Counted from the stretch's first letter, positions 45,795 to 56,722 are shown. The stretch is 64,000 bases of DNA from a bacterium (GCA_035691305.1 DASSJF010000038.1:3312-67311), one strand, 5' to 3'. The notes: a model not told the origin generated them from the letters alone. A program made the numbers and translations.

Positions 45795-47330
45795 CTAGCC
45801 GCCGTAGGTGTTGCTCATCCAGTGCTCGCGCTCGTAGATGAGCTTGTTGACCGCGGTGAGGTAGGCCTTCGCGCTCGCCTCCAGCACGTCGGTGCTGGTT
45901 CCGCGGCCGACGAACAGGCCGTCGCCGTCCCGCACCTTCACCGTGGCTTCGCCGAGCGCGTCGGTGCCGACGGTCACGGCCTTGATCGCGTAGTCGGCCA
46001 GGGTCGGGGAGAGGCCGGTGATCTTGTTGACGGCGTTGTAGATCGCGTCGACCGGGCCGTCGCCGCTCGCCTCCTCCGTGAACAGCTCGCGGCCGCGCGC
46101 GAGGGTGACGGACGCCATCGGCGGGAGCGTGCTGCTCGTCGAGACGTGGAAGGCACGGAGGGCGTAGGTCTGCGGCCCCTGCCCCTCGCTCTCGACGAGC
46201 GAGAGGATGTCCTCGACCGAGACCTGCTTCTTCTTGTCGCAGAGCACCTTGAACTCGACGAACGCCCGCTCGACTTCGGCGTCGCTCAGCTTGAGGCCGT
46301 TTTCCTCGAGCAGGTTCTTGAAGGCGTGGCGGCCGGAGTGCTTCCCGAGCACGAGCTTGTTGCTCGGGATACCGATCGTCTGCGGCGTCATGATCTCGTA
46401 GGTCTCGCGGTTCATGAGGACGCCGTGCTGGTGAATCCCGGCTTCGTGCGCGAACGCGTTGTCGCCGACGATCGCCTTGTTCGGCTGAACGGGCACGCCG
46501 GCGATCGCGCTGATCAGCCGGCTGGTGCGGTAGATCTTCGTCGTGTCGATCCCGGTCTCGCAGCCGTAGTAGCCGCGGCGCGTGTGCAGCGCCATGACGA
46601 TCTCTTCCAGCGCGGCGTTGCCGGCCCGCTCGCCGATGCCGTTGATCGTGCCTTCGATCTGACGCACGCCGACGCGCAGCGCGGCGAGCGAGTTGGCGAC
46701 GGCCAGCCCGAGGTCGTCATGACAGTGCACACTCCAGACGACCTTGTCGCCGCCCCGGGTGTGCTCGATGCAGAACTTGAGCAGCGCCGCGTATTCCTCC
46801 GGCGTCGCGTAACCGGTCGTGTCCGGGACATTGATCGTCGTCGCACCCGCCGCGATCGCGCCGTCGAACACGCGCACCAGGAACGCGGGATCCGACCGGC
46901 TCGCGTCCTCCGCCGAGAACTCGACGTCTTCCACCGACCGCCGCGCGAGCCGCACGGCCGCGACCGAGGCCTCGTAGACCTGGTCCGGCGTCATGCGCAG
47001 CTTATGCTCCATGTGGATCGGGGACGTGGCGATGAAGGTGTGGATGCGCGGGCGCTCCGCCTCGCGCACGCCCTCGATCGCCGCCTCGACGTCGCCGCGA
47101 TTCGCGCGGGCGAGGCCGGCGATCACGGGCCCGCGCACCTCGCGGGCGATCAGCTGCACGCCTTCGAGATCGCCGGGCGAACTCGCCGGGAAGCCGGCTT
47201 CGATGATGTCGACCCGCAGCGCGGCGAGCGCGCGGGCAACCTCGAGCTTCTCCTGCGTGTTCATGGTGAAGCCCGGCGACTGCTCGCCGTCCCGCAGCGT
47301 GGTATCGAAGATCCGGATCATCTCGCCCAT
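45795..47330 (-). CDS. leuA: 2-isopropylmalate synthase.
   Basis: [17 protein letters not shown]...[16 protein letters not shown]...[13 protein letters not shown] motifs. The start is at MGEM/MIRIF (47330 or 47321). The N-extension was rejected. Confidence 0.85.
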   Translation of the reverse strand: MGEMIRIFDTTLRDGEQSPGFTMNTQEKLEVARALAALRVDIIEAGFPASSPGDLEGVQLIAREVRGPVIAGLARANRGDVEAAIEGVREAERPRIHTFIATSPIHMEHKLRMTPDQVYEASVAAVRLARRSVEDVEFSAEDASRSDPAFLVRVFDGAIAAGATTINVPDTTGYATPEEYAALLKFCIEHTRGGDKVVWSVHCHDDLGLAVANSLAALRVGVRQIEGTINGIGERAGNAALEEIVMALHTRRGYYGCETGIDTTKIYRTSRLISAIAGVPVQPNKAIVGDNAFAHEAGIHQHGVLMNRETYEIMTPQTIGIPSNKLVLGKHSGRHAFKNLLEENGLKLSDAEVERAFVEFKVLCDKKKQVSVEDILSLVESEGQGPQTYALRAFHVSTSSTLPPMASVTLARGRELFTEEASGDGPVDAIYNAVNKITGLSPTLADYAIKAVTVGTDALGEATVKVRDGDGLFVGRGTSTDVLEASAKAYLTAVNKLIYEREHWMSNTYGG

Positions 47331-47435
47331 CCCTTCTCCTCCCCCTCCGGCCTCGCGAATGCGGGGCCGTGATCCGCGCGCGGCCCGCCGCGTCCCTCGC
47401 GGGGACAAGCCGGCGGAATGCGCCGGCGCGGCCGC

Positions 47436-48506
47436 CTACCGCTTGGCACGCGCCTCGGTTTTCCGAGACCCGGCCTTCGCTCCCGCGCCGTCCTGCCCGG
47501 GCACGGAGATGTCCCGCTTCAGCCACGGCATCATCGCGCGCAGCTGCCGCCCGATCTCCTCGATCGGATGATCGGCTTCCTGACGGTAGCGCGCGTTGAA
47601 CACCGGGCGCCCCGCCTCGTTCTCGAGGATCCACTCCTTGGCGAACGCACCGCTCTGGATCTCCGCCAGGATGCGGCGCATCTCGGCCCGCGTCTCGTCG
47701 GTGATGATCCGGCGGCCCCGTGTGAAGTCGCCGAACTTCGCGGTGTTGCTGACGGAATAGCGCATCAGGCCCAGGCCGCCCTCGTAGATGAGGTCGACGA
47801 TGAGCTTCATCTCGTGCAGGCACTCGAAGTACGCGATCTCCGGAGCGTAGCCGGCGGCGACGAGCGTCTCGTACCCCGCCTTGATCAGCTCGGAGATGCC
47901 GCCGCACAGCACGGTCTGCTCGCCGAAGAGGTCGCTCTCGGTCTCCTCGCGGAACGTGGTCTCGATGACCCCGGCGCGCAGGCTGCCGATGCCGTGCGCG
48001 TACGCGAGCGCGGTCGTGCGGGCCTTGCCCGTATGGTCCTGGTGGACCGCGAGCAGCGACGGTACGCCCTTCCCCTCGACGTACATCCGGCGCAGCAGGT
48101 GGCCGGGGCTCTTCGGCGCGATCATGAACACGTCCGCGTCCGCCGGCGGCACGATCTGATGGAAGTGGATGCTGAACCCGTGGGAGAGGCCGAGCGCCTT
48201 GCCGGCCGTGAGGTGCGGCGCGATCTCCTCGCGGTACACCCGGGCCTGAATCTCGTCCGGAATCAGAATCTGAATGATGTCGCACTGAGCGGCGGCCTGG
48301 GAGACCGTCGCGACCTCGAGGCCGTCCGCCTGGGCCTGCTCCCAAGACCGGCTGCCCCTATACAGCCCAACCACGACGGAGACGCCGCTGTCGTGCAGGT
48401 TTTGGGCCTGGGCGTGCCCCTGGCTGCCGTAGCCGATCACCGCGACCCGGCGGCCGCGGAGCACGTTCAGGTTGGCGTCCTGTTCGTAATAGACCTTGGC
48501 CGGCAT
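47436..48506 (-). CDS. ilvC: Ketol-acid reductoisomerase.
   Basis: [37 protein letters not shown] is canonical IlvC. Confidence 0.9.
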   Translation of the reverse strand: MPAKVYYEQDANLNVLRGRRVAVIGYGSQGHAQAQNLHDSGVSVVVGLYRGSRSWEQAQADGLEVATVSQAAAQCDIIQILIPDEIQARVYREEIAPHLTAGKALGLSHGFSIHFHQIVPPADADVFMIAPKSPGHLLRRMYVEGKGVPSLLAVHQDHTGKARTTALAYAHGIGSLRAGVIETTFREETESDLFGEQTVLCGGISELIKAGYETLVAAGYAPEIAYFECLHEMKLIVDLIYEGGLGLMRYSVSNTAKFGDFTRGRRIITDETRAEMRRILAEIQSGAFAKEWILENEAGRPVFNARYRQEADHPIEEIGRQLRAMMPWLKRDISVPGQDGAGAKAGSRKTEARAKR

Positions 48507-48541
48507 CGCTGCGCCGCCTCCCTTGGGGCTCGCCCCGAAGA

Positions 48542-49027
48542 TTACGTAGGTTGGGTGCCGCGCACGAGGGTCACCTGACCCGTCCGGACCATCTCGCGCA
48601 CGCCGTACTTCGAAAGCAGTTGGAGAATCGCGTCGATCTTGTCGGACCGGCCCGTGACCTCGAGCGTCATCGTCTTTTCCGTCAGGTCGACGACGCTCGC
48701 GCGGAATACGTTGCTGATCTCCATGATCTCCATCCGCGTCTGCGGGGTCGCGTTGAGCTTGATCAGCGCGAGCTCGCGGTCGACGGTGTTGAAACCGGTG
48801 ACGTCGTTGACCTTGATCGTCTCGATCACCTTGTTGAGCTGCTTGATGATCTGCTCGAGAATCTCCGGCTCGCCCTCGACGACGATGATCATCCGCGACA
48901 CGGTGGGCTGCTCGGTCACGCCGACAGCCAGGCTGTGGATGTTGTAGCCGCGGCGGCGGAACAGGCCGGCAACCTTCATCAGCACGCCCGGCGCGTTGTC
49001 CACCAGCACGGAGATGGTGTGCTTCAT
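48542..49027 (-). CDS. ilvN: Acetolactate synthase small (regulatory) subunit.
   Basis: [39 protein letters not shown] domain. The start was set at the internal ATG. Confidence 0.8.
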   Translation of the reverse strand: MKHTISVLVDNAPGVLMKVAGLFRRRGYNIHSLAVGVTEQPTVSRMIIVVEGEPEILEQIIKQLNKVIETIKVNDVTGFNTVDRELALIKLNATPQTRMEIMEISNVFRASVVDLTEKTMTLEVTGRSDKIDAILQLLSKYGVREMVRTGQVTLVRGTQPT

Positions 49028-49064
49028 CGGGCGCTGCGTCCGCGGCGCGGTCTCGTTGAGGGCC

Positions 49065-50807
49065 TCAGTCGCGGATGCGATCATCTTCAACGATCATCTC
49101 CTTGATCGACTGGCCCGACGGGATCATCGGGTAGCAGTTCTCGTCCGGATCGCAGAAGATGTCGACCACGCACGGCCGGTCCGTGACCTCGAGCGAGCGG
49201 CGCACCGCGGGCCCGACCTCGTCCGGCCGCCGGACGCTGATGCCCACCGCCCCGAACGCATCCGCCACCTTGGCGAAGTCCGGGTTTTTGAGGAAGACGT
49301 GCGAGTACCGCTCCCGATAGAACAGTTGCTGCCACTGCCGGACCATGCCGAGCGACCCGTTGTTGATGATGTAGACCTTGATCGGCAGGCCCCACTCCAC
49401 GGCCGTCGCGAGGTCCTGCATCGTCATCTGGTAGCCGCCGTCGCCGACGATCGCGCACACCAGCGCGTTCGGCCTGCCGATCTGGGCGCCGAGCGCCGCC
49501 GGGAAGCCGAAGCCCATCGTCCCGAGACCGCCGGAGCTGACCCAGGTACGCGGCTCCGTCGTGAGGTAGAACTGCGCCGCCCACATCTGGTGCTGGCCGA
49601 CGTCGGTCGCGACGATCGCCTTCCCCTCGGTGATCTTGTAGATCTCCGCGATCGCGAACTGCGGCTTGATCCCGTCGCCGTTCTGCCGGTAGCGCAGCGG
49701 GAAACGCGCCTTCCACTCCGCGAGCTGCGCGTGCCAGGGCTCGCACGCCGGCGCCGTAACCTGCGCCGCCAGCACCCGCAGCGACTCGCGGGCGTCACCG
49801 ACGATCGGCACCGCCGCCGGTTTGATCTTGCCGATCTCCGCCGGGTCGACGTCGACGTGGATGAACTTGGCGTGCGGCGCGAAGTCCTTCACGCGCCCGG
49901 TCACGCGGTCGTCGAAGCGCACGCCGACGGCGAGGACGACGTCCGCCGTGTTGATCGCGTGGTTCGCGTACGCCGTGCCGTGCATGCCGAGCATGCCGAG
50001 CGACAGCGGGTCCGTCTCGGGAAAGCCGCCCTTGCCCATCAGCGTCGTCGTGACCGGGATGCGCGTCTGGCGCGCGAGCGTGGTCAGCTCCGCGGCTCCG
50101 TTCGCGGTGATGACGCCGCCGCCGGCGTAGATGAGGGGACGTGAGGCGCCGGAGAGCAGCGCGGCCGCCGCCGCGATCTGGTTCGGGCTCGGCACGGCCG
50201 GCGGGATCTTCCCGCTGCGCAGCGTCACCTGTTCAGGAAATTCGAAGTCGTGCTCCGCCGCGGCGATGTCGCGCGGGATGTCGACAAGGACCGGACCCGG
50301 CCGGCCGCTGCCGGCGATCAGGAACGCCTGCAGCACGAGGCGCGGAAGCTCGTCCGGCTTCTGCACGATGCAGTTGTGCTTGGTGACCGGCATCGTGATG
50401 CCCGTCACGTCGGCTTCCTGGAACGCGTCGCGGCCGATCGCGAGCGTGCTGACTTGGCCGGTAATCGCGACGATCCCGGCGGAGTCCATCATCGCGTCGG
50501 TGATGCCGGTGATCAGGTTCGTCGCGCCCGGGCCCGACGTCGCCATGCACACGCCGACTTTGCCGGTGACGCGGTGGTACCCGGTCGCCGCGTGCGCCGC
50601 CACCTGCTCGTGGCGGACGAGGACATGGCGGATGCCCCGCGCGTCGTACAGCGCGTCGTAGAGCGGGAGCGCGGCGCCGCCCGGATGGCCGAAGATGACC
50701 TCGACGCCGGCCCGGTGCAGGCATTCGATCAGCGCCTGCGATCCCAGCATGCGTTTCACCGTGGTCGCCGGCCCCGGCTTCACCGTAGACGTCGTCTGAC
50801 GCGTCAT
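49065..50807 (-). CDS. ilvB: Acetolactate synthase large subunit.
   Basis: MTRQTT... then a ThDP enzyme with [14 protein letters not shown] and IVGDGGYQM motifs. The start was set at MTRQ. Confidence 0.9.
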   Translation of the reverse strand: MTRQTTSTVKPGPATTVKRMLGSQALIECLHRAGVEVIFGHPGGAALPLYDALYDARGIRHVLVRHEQVAAHAATGYHRVTGKVGVCMATSGPGATNLITGITDAMMDSAGIVAITGQVSTLAIGRDAFQEADVTGITMPVTKHNCIVQKPDELPRLVLQAFLIAGSGRPGPVLVDIPRDIAAAEHDFEFPEQVTLRSGKIPPAVPSPNQIAAAAALLSGASRPLIYAGGGVITANGAAELTTLARQTRIPVTTTLMGKGGFPETDPLSLGMLGMHGTAYANHAINTADVVLAVGVRFDDRVTGRVKDFAPHAKFIHVDVDPAEIGKIKPAAVPIVGDARESLRVLAAQVTAPACEPWHAQLAEWKARFPLRYRQNGDGIKPQFAIAEIYKITEGKAIVATDVGQHQMWAAQFYLTTEPRTWVSSGGLGTMGFGFPAALGAQIGRPNALVCAIVGDGGYQMTMQDLATAVEWGLPIKVYIINNGSLGMVRQWQQLFYRERYSHVFLKNPDFAKVADAFGAVGISVRRPDEVGPAVRRSLEVTDRPCVVDIFCDPDENCYPMIPSGQSIKEMIVEDDRIRD

Positions 50808-50840
50808 CTCACTGTTCCTCCCTCGAATAACGCTGCCGGC

Positions 50841-50888
50841 CAAAAACAAAAACCGCGGGATGCCATCTAAGGACGGGGCTTCCCGCGG
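50841..50888 (-). terminator. Intrinsic terminator of the T-box leader (mutually exclusive with the antiterminator).
   Basis: The minus-strand RNA is CCGCGGGA-agccccguccuuagauggca-UCCCGCGG followed by UUUUUGUUUUUGG. Confidence 0.55.
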
Positions 50889-51110
50889 TACCACCTTAGT
50901 TCCATCCGGCCGGAGGCGGCTCGAACGGCACTCTGCCCGGTTACGGCGGGGGCCGGCGGATGCTACTCGGCTGTCGCCCTTGCGGGGACTGGCCGGCGGG
51001 ATACGGCCGGCGTCGCCTTTGGTTCCGCAGCTCGGAGGTGAGCGGTCACGGTTCCGGATGCTGGCTCACACCTGACCCAGCTCTCTCGGAATCCGGGCTA
51101 CCGCGGCCCG
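50841..51110 (-). promoter_or_regulatory. T-box riboswitch leader of the ilvB-ilvN-ilvC-leuA-cimA-leuB operon.
   Basis: The minus-strand RNA contains an AGAGAG box in stem I and the T-box sequence ACUAAGGUGGUACCGCGGG (consensus AAUUAGGGUGGUACCGCG) overlapping the 5' half of the terminator stem. A TTGACA -35 lies about 51140 upstream. Candidate specifier triplets are GUG-A and CUC-A (Val/Leu). Confidence 0.6.
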
Positions 51111-51246
51111 GCCTCCTCATCGCCTGTATGCGAGAACTTGTCAAGTGACTCTATCAAACCACCGGTACCCTGTCAAGGAACCGGCCTGGCTCCGCCGAAC
51201 GTGCCCTCCCACCGGGCCGCCGACCGGCCCGGCCGGGGGTCGGCGC

Positions 51247-53586
51247 ATGGCCCGCGCGCACCACGTGGTTCCCAACAACCTGTCCGCCTCATTAACGAGT
51301 TTTGTCGGCCGCGAGCGCGAGATCAGTGAAGTGCGGCGGCTCCTCTCCGGCACGCGCCTCCTTACCCTAACCGGAGCAGGAGGATGCGGCAAGTCACGAC
51401 TGGCCTATGAGGTCGCACGGACTCAGCTCGAGGACTTTCGCGACGGCGTATGGCTCGTCGAATTGGCCGGCCTTTCCGAAGCGGCCCTGGTCCCCCATGC
51501 AGCGGCGTCGGCGCTCGGGGTGACCGAGCGCGTCACCCAGGCGGTTACGGATGTGATCGCCCGGGCGCTTCGAGACAAATTGCTGCTGCTGGTTCTCGAC
51601 AATTGCGAACATGTGTTGAGTGCGTGTACCGACCTCTCGGCGGCGTTGCTGCGAGAATGTTCCCGGCTGCGCATCCTCGCCACGAGCCGCGAGCCGGTCG
51701 GGGTACCGGGTGAAACCGTTTGGCGCGTACCCTCGCTCGCGGTTCCGGACCCGCTTCACTTGCCGTCTGCGGATGACCTCATACGGTTCGAGGCGGTGCG
51801 GCTCTTCGTGGAGCGCGCCGCGGCGGTTCGGCCCGGCTTCGGTGTCATGGACGACAACGCCCGCGCGCTCGCGCAGATCTGTCATCGTTTGGACGGGATT
51901 CCGTTGGCGATCGAACTAGCGGCTGCGCGGGTGCGGGCACTCTCGGCTGAGCAGATCGCGGCCCGCCTCGACGATCGGTTCAGTCTGCTGACGAGCGGCA
52001 GCCGGACGGCGCTTCCGAGGCACCGTACCCTGCGCGCCGCGATGGACTGGAGCTACGACCTTCTGACCGAGCGGGAACGGGCGCTGCTCGGCCGGCTGTC
52101 GGTGTTCGCCGGCGGATGGACGCTCGAGGCCGCTGAGGCGGTGTGCGCCGACGACGGGATCCAGCCGGCGGAGATCCTGGATCTGTTGGCCTCTCTGGTC
52201 GATAAATCGCTTGTGCTCGCGGACATCCAAAGCGGCGCGGCGCGTTACGCCCTGCTTGAAACGGTACGGCAGTATGCCGGCGAACGCTTGGACGATACGG
52301 ACTCCGCGGAACCCATCCGGCGACGCCACCGCGATTGGTGTCTCACGACGGCCGAGCAGGGCAGCGTGGAGCTGGACGGAGCGCAGCACACGGCATGGCT
52401 GGACCGCAGCGACGCCGAGTACGACAACATGCGGGCCGCCCTCGAATGGAGCCGTGGGCGCGCCGCAGAAGTGGAGCGCGGTTTGCAGCTGGCGGTGCAC
52501 CTCCAGCGCTACTGGGAGCTGCGCGCCTATTACGCCGAAGCGCGGGCGTGGCTGGAGAGCATGATCGCGGCCGGGGAGAGCGCGACGCCGCGGGTGCGGG
52601 CCCGGGCCCTCAATACCGCCGGCATCCTGGCCTATCGTCAGGGGGACTATGCGCGCACCACGACCCTCTGCTCGACCGCCCTGTCGCTTGCGAAGCAGCA
52701 CGACGACGCATATGCAGCCGCCCAGTCCCTTCATTTCCTTGCGCACGTTCGTCAGAGCGCCGGCGATTACGATGAAGCGGCTCGGATGATGCAACGCAGC
52801 GTGGCGCTGTATGAAGAGGTCCACCATCGCGGCGGGTTGGCCAACTCCATCGACTGCCTCGGCGAGATCGCGCGCAGCAGGGGGGAGTACGACCACGCCG
52901 AGGTTTTGACGCGGCGTGCGATGGCGCTCTACGACGAAATCGGCGACCACCGCGGTCATGCGCATCTCCTCCACAACCTCGGGCACATCAGGCTCCATCA
53001 GGGCAGGATCACCGAGGCGCGCGACCTTCTGCGTGAAAGCCTGTTGAGCGCGAAGAACCTGAGGAGTCCTCGAGACGTTATCATGGCCGTTGCCGGGCTC
53101 GCGGCGGTGTCGCGAGACGCGCAGGCCGGACGATCGGCGCGGCTCACAGGCGCGGTGAGCAGCCTACTCGACGCCGCCGGCCTCTACCTCGAGCCGGCAG
53201 AACGTGCGGAGTTCGAGGAGACGACGGCATCGCTACGCGCCCGCCTCGGGGATCACGCCTTCACCGCCGCGCGCGACGCCGGACGGGCCATGACCGCCGA
53301 CGAAGCCGTCGCGGAAGCGTTCGCCATGTCCGCGACGCCGGTCGGGCGGAGCGAGAGCGCCCGCCGGCGAGATGTCTCCGGGCTCCCGCTGAGCGCCCGC
53401 GAGCGCGAAGTCGCGGCGCTTGTTGCCCGAGGCCTGCCCAACCGACAGATCGCATCGCGCCTCGTGATCGCCGAACGCACCGCCGAAGGCCACGTGCAGA
53501 GCATCCTCAATAAGCTGGGCTTCAGCTCACGCGCCCAGATCGCCGCGTGGGCGGTTGAGCACGGGCTCCGGATCCCGTCGGGCTGA
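51247..53586 (+). CDS. Large ATP-dependent LuxR-family regulator (LAL/MalT-like: AAA/NB-ARC ATPase, TPR repeats, C-terminal LuxR HTH).
   Basis: P-loop LTGAGGCGKSRLA, Walker B LLVLDNCEH, TPR-like repeats and the C-terminal ...LSAREREVAALVARGLPNRQIASRLVIAERTAEGHVQSILNKLG LuxR HTH. The start is MARAHH. Confidence 0.7.
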   Translation: MARAHHVVPNNLSASLTSFVGREREISEVRRLLSGTRLLTLTGAGGCGKSRLAYEVARTQLEDFRDGVWLVELAGLSEAALVPHAAASALGVTERVTQAVTDVIARALRDKLLLLVLDNCEHVLSACTDLSAALLRECSRLRILATSREPVGVPGETVWRVPSLAVPDPLHLPSADDLIRFEAVRLFVERAAAVRPGFGVMDDNARALAQICHRLDGIPLAIELAAARVRALSAEQIAARLDDRFSLLTSGSRTALPRHRTLRAAMDWSYDLLTERERALLGRLSVFAGGWTLEAAEAVCADDGIQPAEILDLLASLVDKSLVLADIQSGAARYALLETVRQYAGERLDDTDSAEPIRRRHRDWCLTTAEQGSVELDGAQHTAWLDRSDAEYDNMRAALEWSRGRAAEVERGLQLAVHLQRYWELRAYYAEARAWLESMIAAGESATPRVRARALNTAGILAYRQGDYARTTTLCSTALSLAKQHDDAYAAAQSLHFLAHVRQSAGDYDEAARMMQRSVALYEEVHHRGGLANSIDCLGEIARSRGEYDHAEVLTRRAMALYDEIGDHRGHAHLLHNLGHIRLHQGRITEARDLLRESLLSAKNLRSPRDVIMAVAGLAAVSRDAQAGRSARLTGAVSSLLDAAGLYLEPAERAEFEETTASLRARLGDHAFTAARDAGRAMTADEAVAEAFAMSATPVGRSESARRRDVSGLPLSAREREVAALVARGLPNRQIASRLVIAERTAEGHVQSILNKLGFSSRAQIAAWAVEHGLRIPSG

Positions 53587-53875
53587 CCGCCGCAGACCTC
53601 CGGACGGTACCCGCGCGCAAAGGACAGGTACCGGCACGACCTCAAACAGGTATTTCTCCCGGTGACCTAACCCCCGGCGCCGCGCTATCCTGAACCCGCC
53701 CCAACGAGGCAATCCGCGACGCGGAGGGAGGGGATTGACGCCGGGCGGCCGAGCGCCCACCGTGCAAGGGCCGGGGCTCGGCGGCCGCGAACCGTCGATG
53801 ACCGGCCGAAAGCAGGAACGCCGGTTCGTCCAGATTTCCTGTACGATAGACATCAAGCATACGGAGGTGCTGAAG

Positions 53876-54535
53876 ATGACGCTTCGGCTTGGCGATACGG
53901 CCCCCGATTTCGAGGCCGAGACGACTGAGGGCCGGATTCGGTTTCACGACTGGATCGGCGGCGGGTGGGCGGTGCTGTTCTCCCACCCGAAGGACTTTAC
54001 GCCGGTCTGCACCACCGAACTCGGTTACATGGCCAAGATCAAGCCGGAATTCGACCGGCGCAACACCAAGATCATCGGACTCAGCGTCGATCCCGTGGGC
54101 AACCACTCCAAGTGGGCCAACGATATCAGAGAGACGCAGGGGCACGCGCCGAACTATCCGATGATCGGGGACACCGAGCTCAAGGTCTCTAAACTATACG
54201 AGATGCTGCCGGCCGACCTCGAAGGGTCGTGCGACGGCCGCACCGCCGCCGACAACCAGACCGTGCGCACAGTCTACGTGATCGGGCCGGACAAGAAGAT
54301 CAAGCTGACGATCGCGTACCCGATGAGCACCGGCCGGAACTTCGACGAGGTACTGCGGGTGATCGATTCGCTCCAGCTCACGGCGAAGCACAAAGTTTCG
54401 ACGCCGGTCAATTGGAAACGCGGCGACGACGTGATCATCTCCGGATCCGTCTCGGACGACGAGGCCAAGAAGACCTATCCCAACGGTTGGAAGGCGCCGC
54501 GACCCTACATCCGGATCGTCCCGCAGCCCGAATGA
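53876..54535 (+). CDS. 1-Cys peroxiredoxin (Prx6 subfamily).
   Basis: MTLRLGDTAPDFEAETTEG...FSHPKDFTPVCTTELG. The ATG follows GGAGGTG. Confidence 0.85.
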   Translation: MTLRLGDTAPDFEAETTEGRIRFHDWIGGGWAVLFSHPKDFTPVCTTELGYMAKIKPEFDRRNTKIIGLSVDPVGNHSKWANDIRETQGHAPNYPMIGDTELKVSKLYEMLPADLEGSCDGRTAADNQTVRTVYVIGPDKKIKLTIAYPMSTGRNFDEVLRVIDSLQLTAKHKVSTPVNWKRGDDVIISGSVSDDEAKKTYPNGWKAPRPYIRIVPQPE

Positions 54536-55965
54536 TCCTCAAACAGTATTATCTCGGCTGCCTCGCGCACGCGTCCTACCTCGTGGCCGACGAGGAAAGC
54601 CGCGCCGCGGCGGTGATCGATCCGCAGCGAGATATCGATCAATATCTCGAGGACGCCGGGCGGCTTGGGCTCGCGATCCGGCACGTCGTGCTGACGCACT
54701 TCCACGCCGACTTTCTTGCCGGGCACCTCGAGCTGCGGGACCGGACCGGCGCCGCGATCTATCTGGGCCGGCGGGCCAAGGCCGAATACACCTTCACGCC
54801 GCTCGGCGACGGCGACACCGTCTCGCTTGGGGGGGCGCGCCTCTCGGCGCTCGAGACGCCCGGGCACTCGCCCGAATCGATCTGCCTCCTTGTGTTCGAC
54901 CTCAAGAAGGACGCCGTGCGGCCGCAGGCGGTGCTGACGGGCGACACGCTGTTCATCGGCGAGGTCGGGCGGCCGGACCTGCGCGCCGCGCTCGGCTGGT
55001 CGGCGGAGGAGCTCGCCGGCATGCTCTACGACTCGCTGCACACGAAGCTTCTCCCGCTGCCGGACGACACGCTCGTATACCCGACACACGGCGCCGGCTC
55101 GCTCTGCGGCCGCAATATCAGCAAGGACACCGTCTCAACCATCGGCACGCAGCGTCGATACAACTACGCGCTGCAGCCAATGAACCGGGAAGACTTCATC
55201 AAGATCATCACCGCCGATCAGCCCGATGCGCCCGCGTATTTCACCTACGACGCCGTCCTCAACACGAAGGAACGGCCGATTCTGGACCAATCGCTGTCGC
55301 GGGGGCTCCGGCCGCTGACGCTGGGCTCGCTGTTGACACTCTGCGGCGAGGGCGGCCAGCTGCTCGACGCCCGCGAGCCGACCGATTACTGGGGCGCCCA
55401 CCTCTCCGACAGCATCAACATCCCGCTCGGCGGGCAGTACGCGACCTGGGCCGGCACTCTGCTCGACCGCCAGCGCCCGATCGCGATCGTCGCGCCGCGG
55501 GAACGGGAGCGGGAGGCGGCGATACGCCTCGGGCGGATCGGGTTCGACCACGTCGCCGGCTATCTCGAGAACGGCATGGAGGCCGTCGCGGCGCGGGATG
55601 ATCTCGTCCGCACCCGGCCCCGGATGACGGCACAGGCCCTGGCCGAGTTGTTGGCCTCTCCGACCCCACCCGTCGTCCTCGACGTGCGCGCGGACGCGGA
55701 GCGGAGACAAGGCCGCATCGCCGGCAGCATGCACATCCCGCTCCAGCATCTCCTGGAGCGGCTGGACGAGGTGCCGCTCGGTCCGCGCACCGTCGTCGTC
55801 CACTGTGCGAGCGCCTACCGCTCCTCGATCGCCGCCAGCATCTTGGAGCAGCACGGGGTTCAGGAAGTCGCTGACCTCGCCGGCGGCTTCACCGCGTGGA
55901 TCGCCTCGGGCCTTCCCACGGTCTCCGGCGACGCACCCGCGGAGTCGCAGCCGTCTCCGAGCTAG
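54532..55965 (+). CDS. MBL-fold metallo-hydrolase fused to C-terminal rhodanese domain(s) (persulfide dioxygenase-rhodanese-like).
   Basis: An ATGA overlap with the prx stop. LTHFHADFLAGH metal-binding region. The C-terminal rhodanese has active-site VVVHCASAYRSS. Confidence 0.7.
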   Translation: MILKQYYLGCLAHASYLVADEESRAAAVIDPQRDIDQYLEDAGRLGLAIRHVVLTHFHADFLAGHLELRDRTGAAIYLGRRAKAEYTFTPLGDGDTVSLGGARLSALETPGHSPESICLLVFDLKKDAVRPQAVLTGDTLFIGEVGRPDLRAALGWSAEELAGMLYDSLHTKLLPLPDDTLVYPTHGAGSLCGRNISKDTVSTIGTQRRYNYALQPMNREDFIKIITADQPDAPAYFTYDAVLNTKERPILDQSLSRGLRPLTLGSLLTLCGEGGQLLDAREPTDYWGAHLSDSINIPLGGQYATWAGTLLDRQRPIAIVAPREREREAAIRLGRIGFDHVAGYLENGMEAVAARDDLVRTRPRMTAQALAELLASPTPPVVLDVRADAERRQGRIAGSMHIPLQHLLERLDEVPLGPRTVVVHCASAYRSSIAASILEQHGVQEVADLAGGFTAWIASGLPTVSGDAPAESQPSPS

Positions 55966-55978
55966 ACGCCATACCCTG

Positions 55979-56722
55979 ATGAAGGGCTGGCGCCGGGACC
56001 CCGAGCATGCGGAGGTTCGCGTCCTGCGGCGCCGGGTGCGGCTCGATGACGCGCGCGTCCTGGACGTGGGGTGCGGCGACGGACGGCTGACGCGCCGCGT
56101 CGCCGGCGCGGCGCGGACCGTCGTAGGCATCGACCCAAACGGCGCGGCCCTCGACCGAGCCCGCGCGCTGACTCCCCGACGGTTGAGCCGAAAGATTGAA
56201 TACCGCCTGGGGACGGCCGAGCATCCGGGGATCTCACGCCGCCGCTTCGATGTCGCGATCTTTTCCGGATCGTTGTGATGAGTGCCCCGCGAGGGCATGG
56301 TTCATGCCCTGACGGCTGCCCGGCGCCTGCTCCGGCCGCACGGCATGCTGGTCGATCTGCGCAGCGATCGGTTCGCGCACGTCCGGGCGCGGCACGACCA
56401 AGTCTACTGCCTGGCGGGTAGACGGCGCTTCCACGCGGGTCCGCTGAAGATCAACCGGCCTCTCGCGGATTTCCGCGCCGCCGACCGGGCGATCAGGGAA
56501 GTCGTGCGCCGCGGCTTATTCCGGCACACGGCCTCCGACTTCTTCGAAATCCGCTCCTACGCCGCCGGCCCCGCGGAGCTAGAGCGATACGCGATCACGA
56601 ATCCGTATGCGACCGTGGATGCGACGACGCTCCGGCGGCTGCGCAACCTGCTTCGGCGCCACCCCGGCGCCCGAATTCTCGTGGTCACCCTATCGCGGTT
56701 GACCGTCTTGGAGAAAGCCTGA
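55979..56722 (+). pseudogene. Class I SAM-dependent methyltransferase interrupted by two consecutive in-frame TGA codons (56276..56281).
   Basis: ORFs 55805..56278 and 56282..56722 are in the same frame. The upstream part has motif I VLDVGCGDGRLT and post-I/II. The downstream part (VPREGMVHALTAARRLLRPHGMLVDL = motif III) is needed to complete one Rossmann fold. The sequence reads ...FSGSL-TGA-TGA-VPREG... Confidence 0.5.

Noticed and set aside
53590-53875. Possible PerR/OxyR operator upstream of the peroxiredoxin gene.
   Set aside because: No clear match to either consensus could be established by eye. Only generic -35-like TTGACG and short palindromes were seen.
56276-56281. In-frame TGA in the methyltransferase considered as selenocysteine.
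   Set aside because: There are two consecutive TGAs, no SECIS-like hairpin is obvious downstream, and the MTase family is not a selenoprotein family. A pseudogene or sequencing error is more likely.
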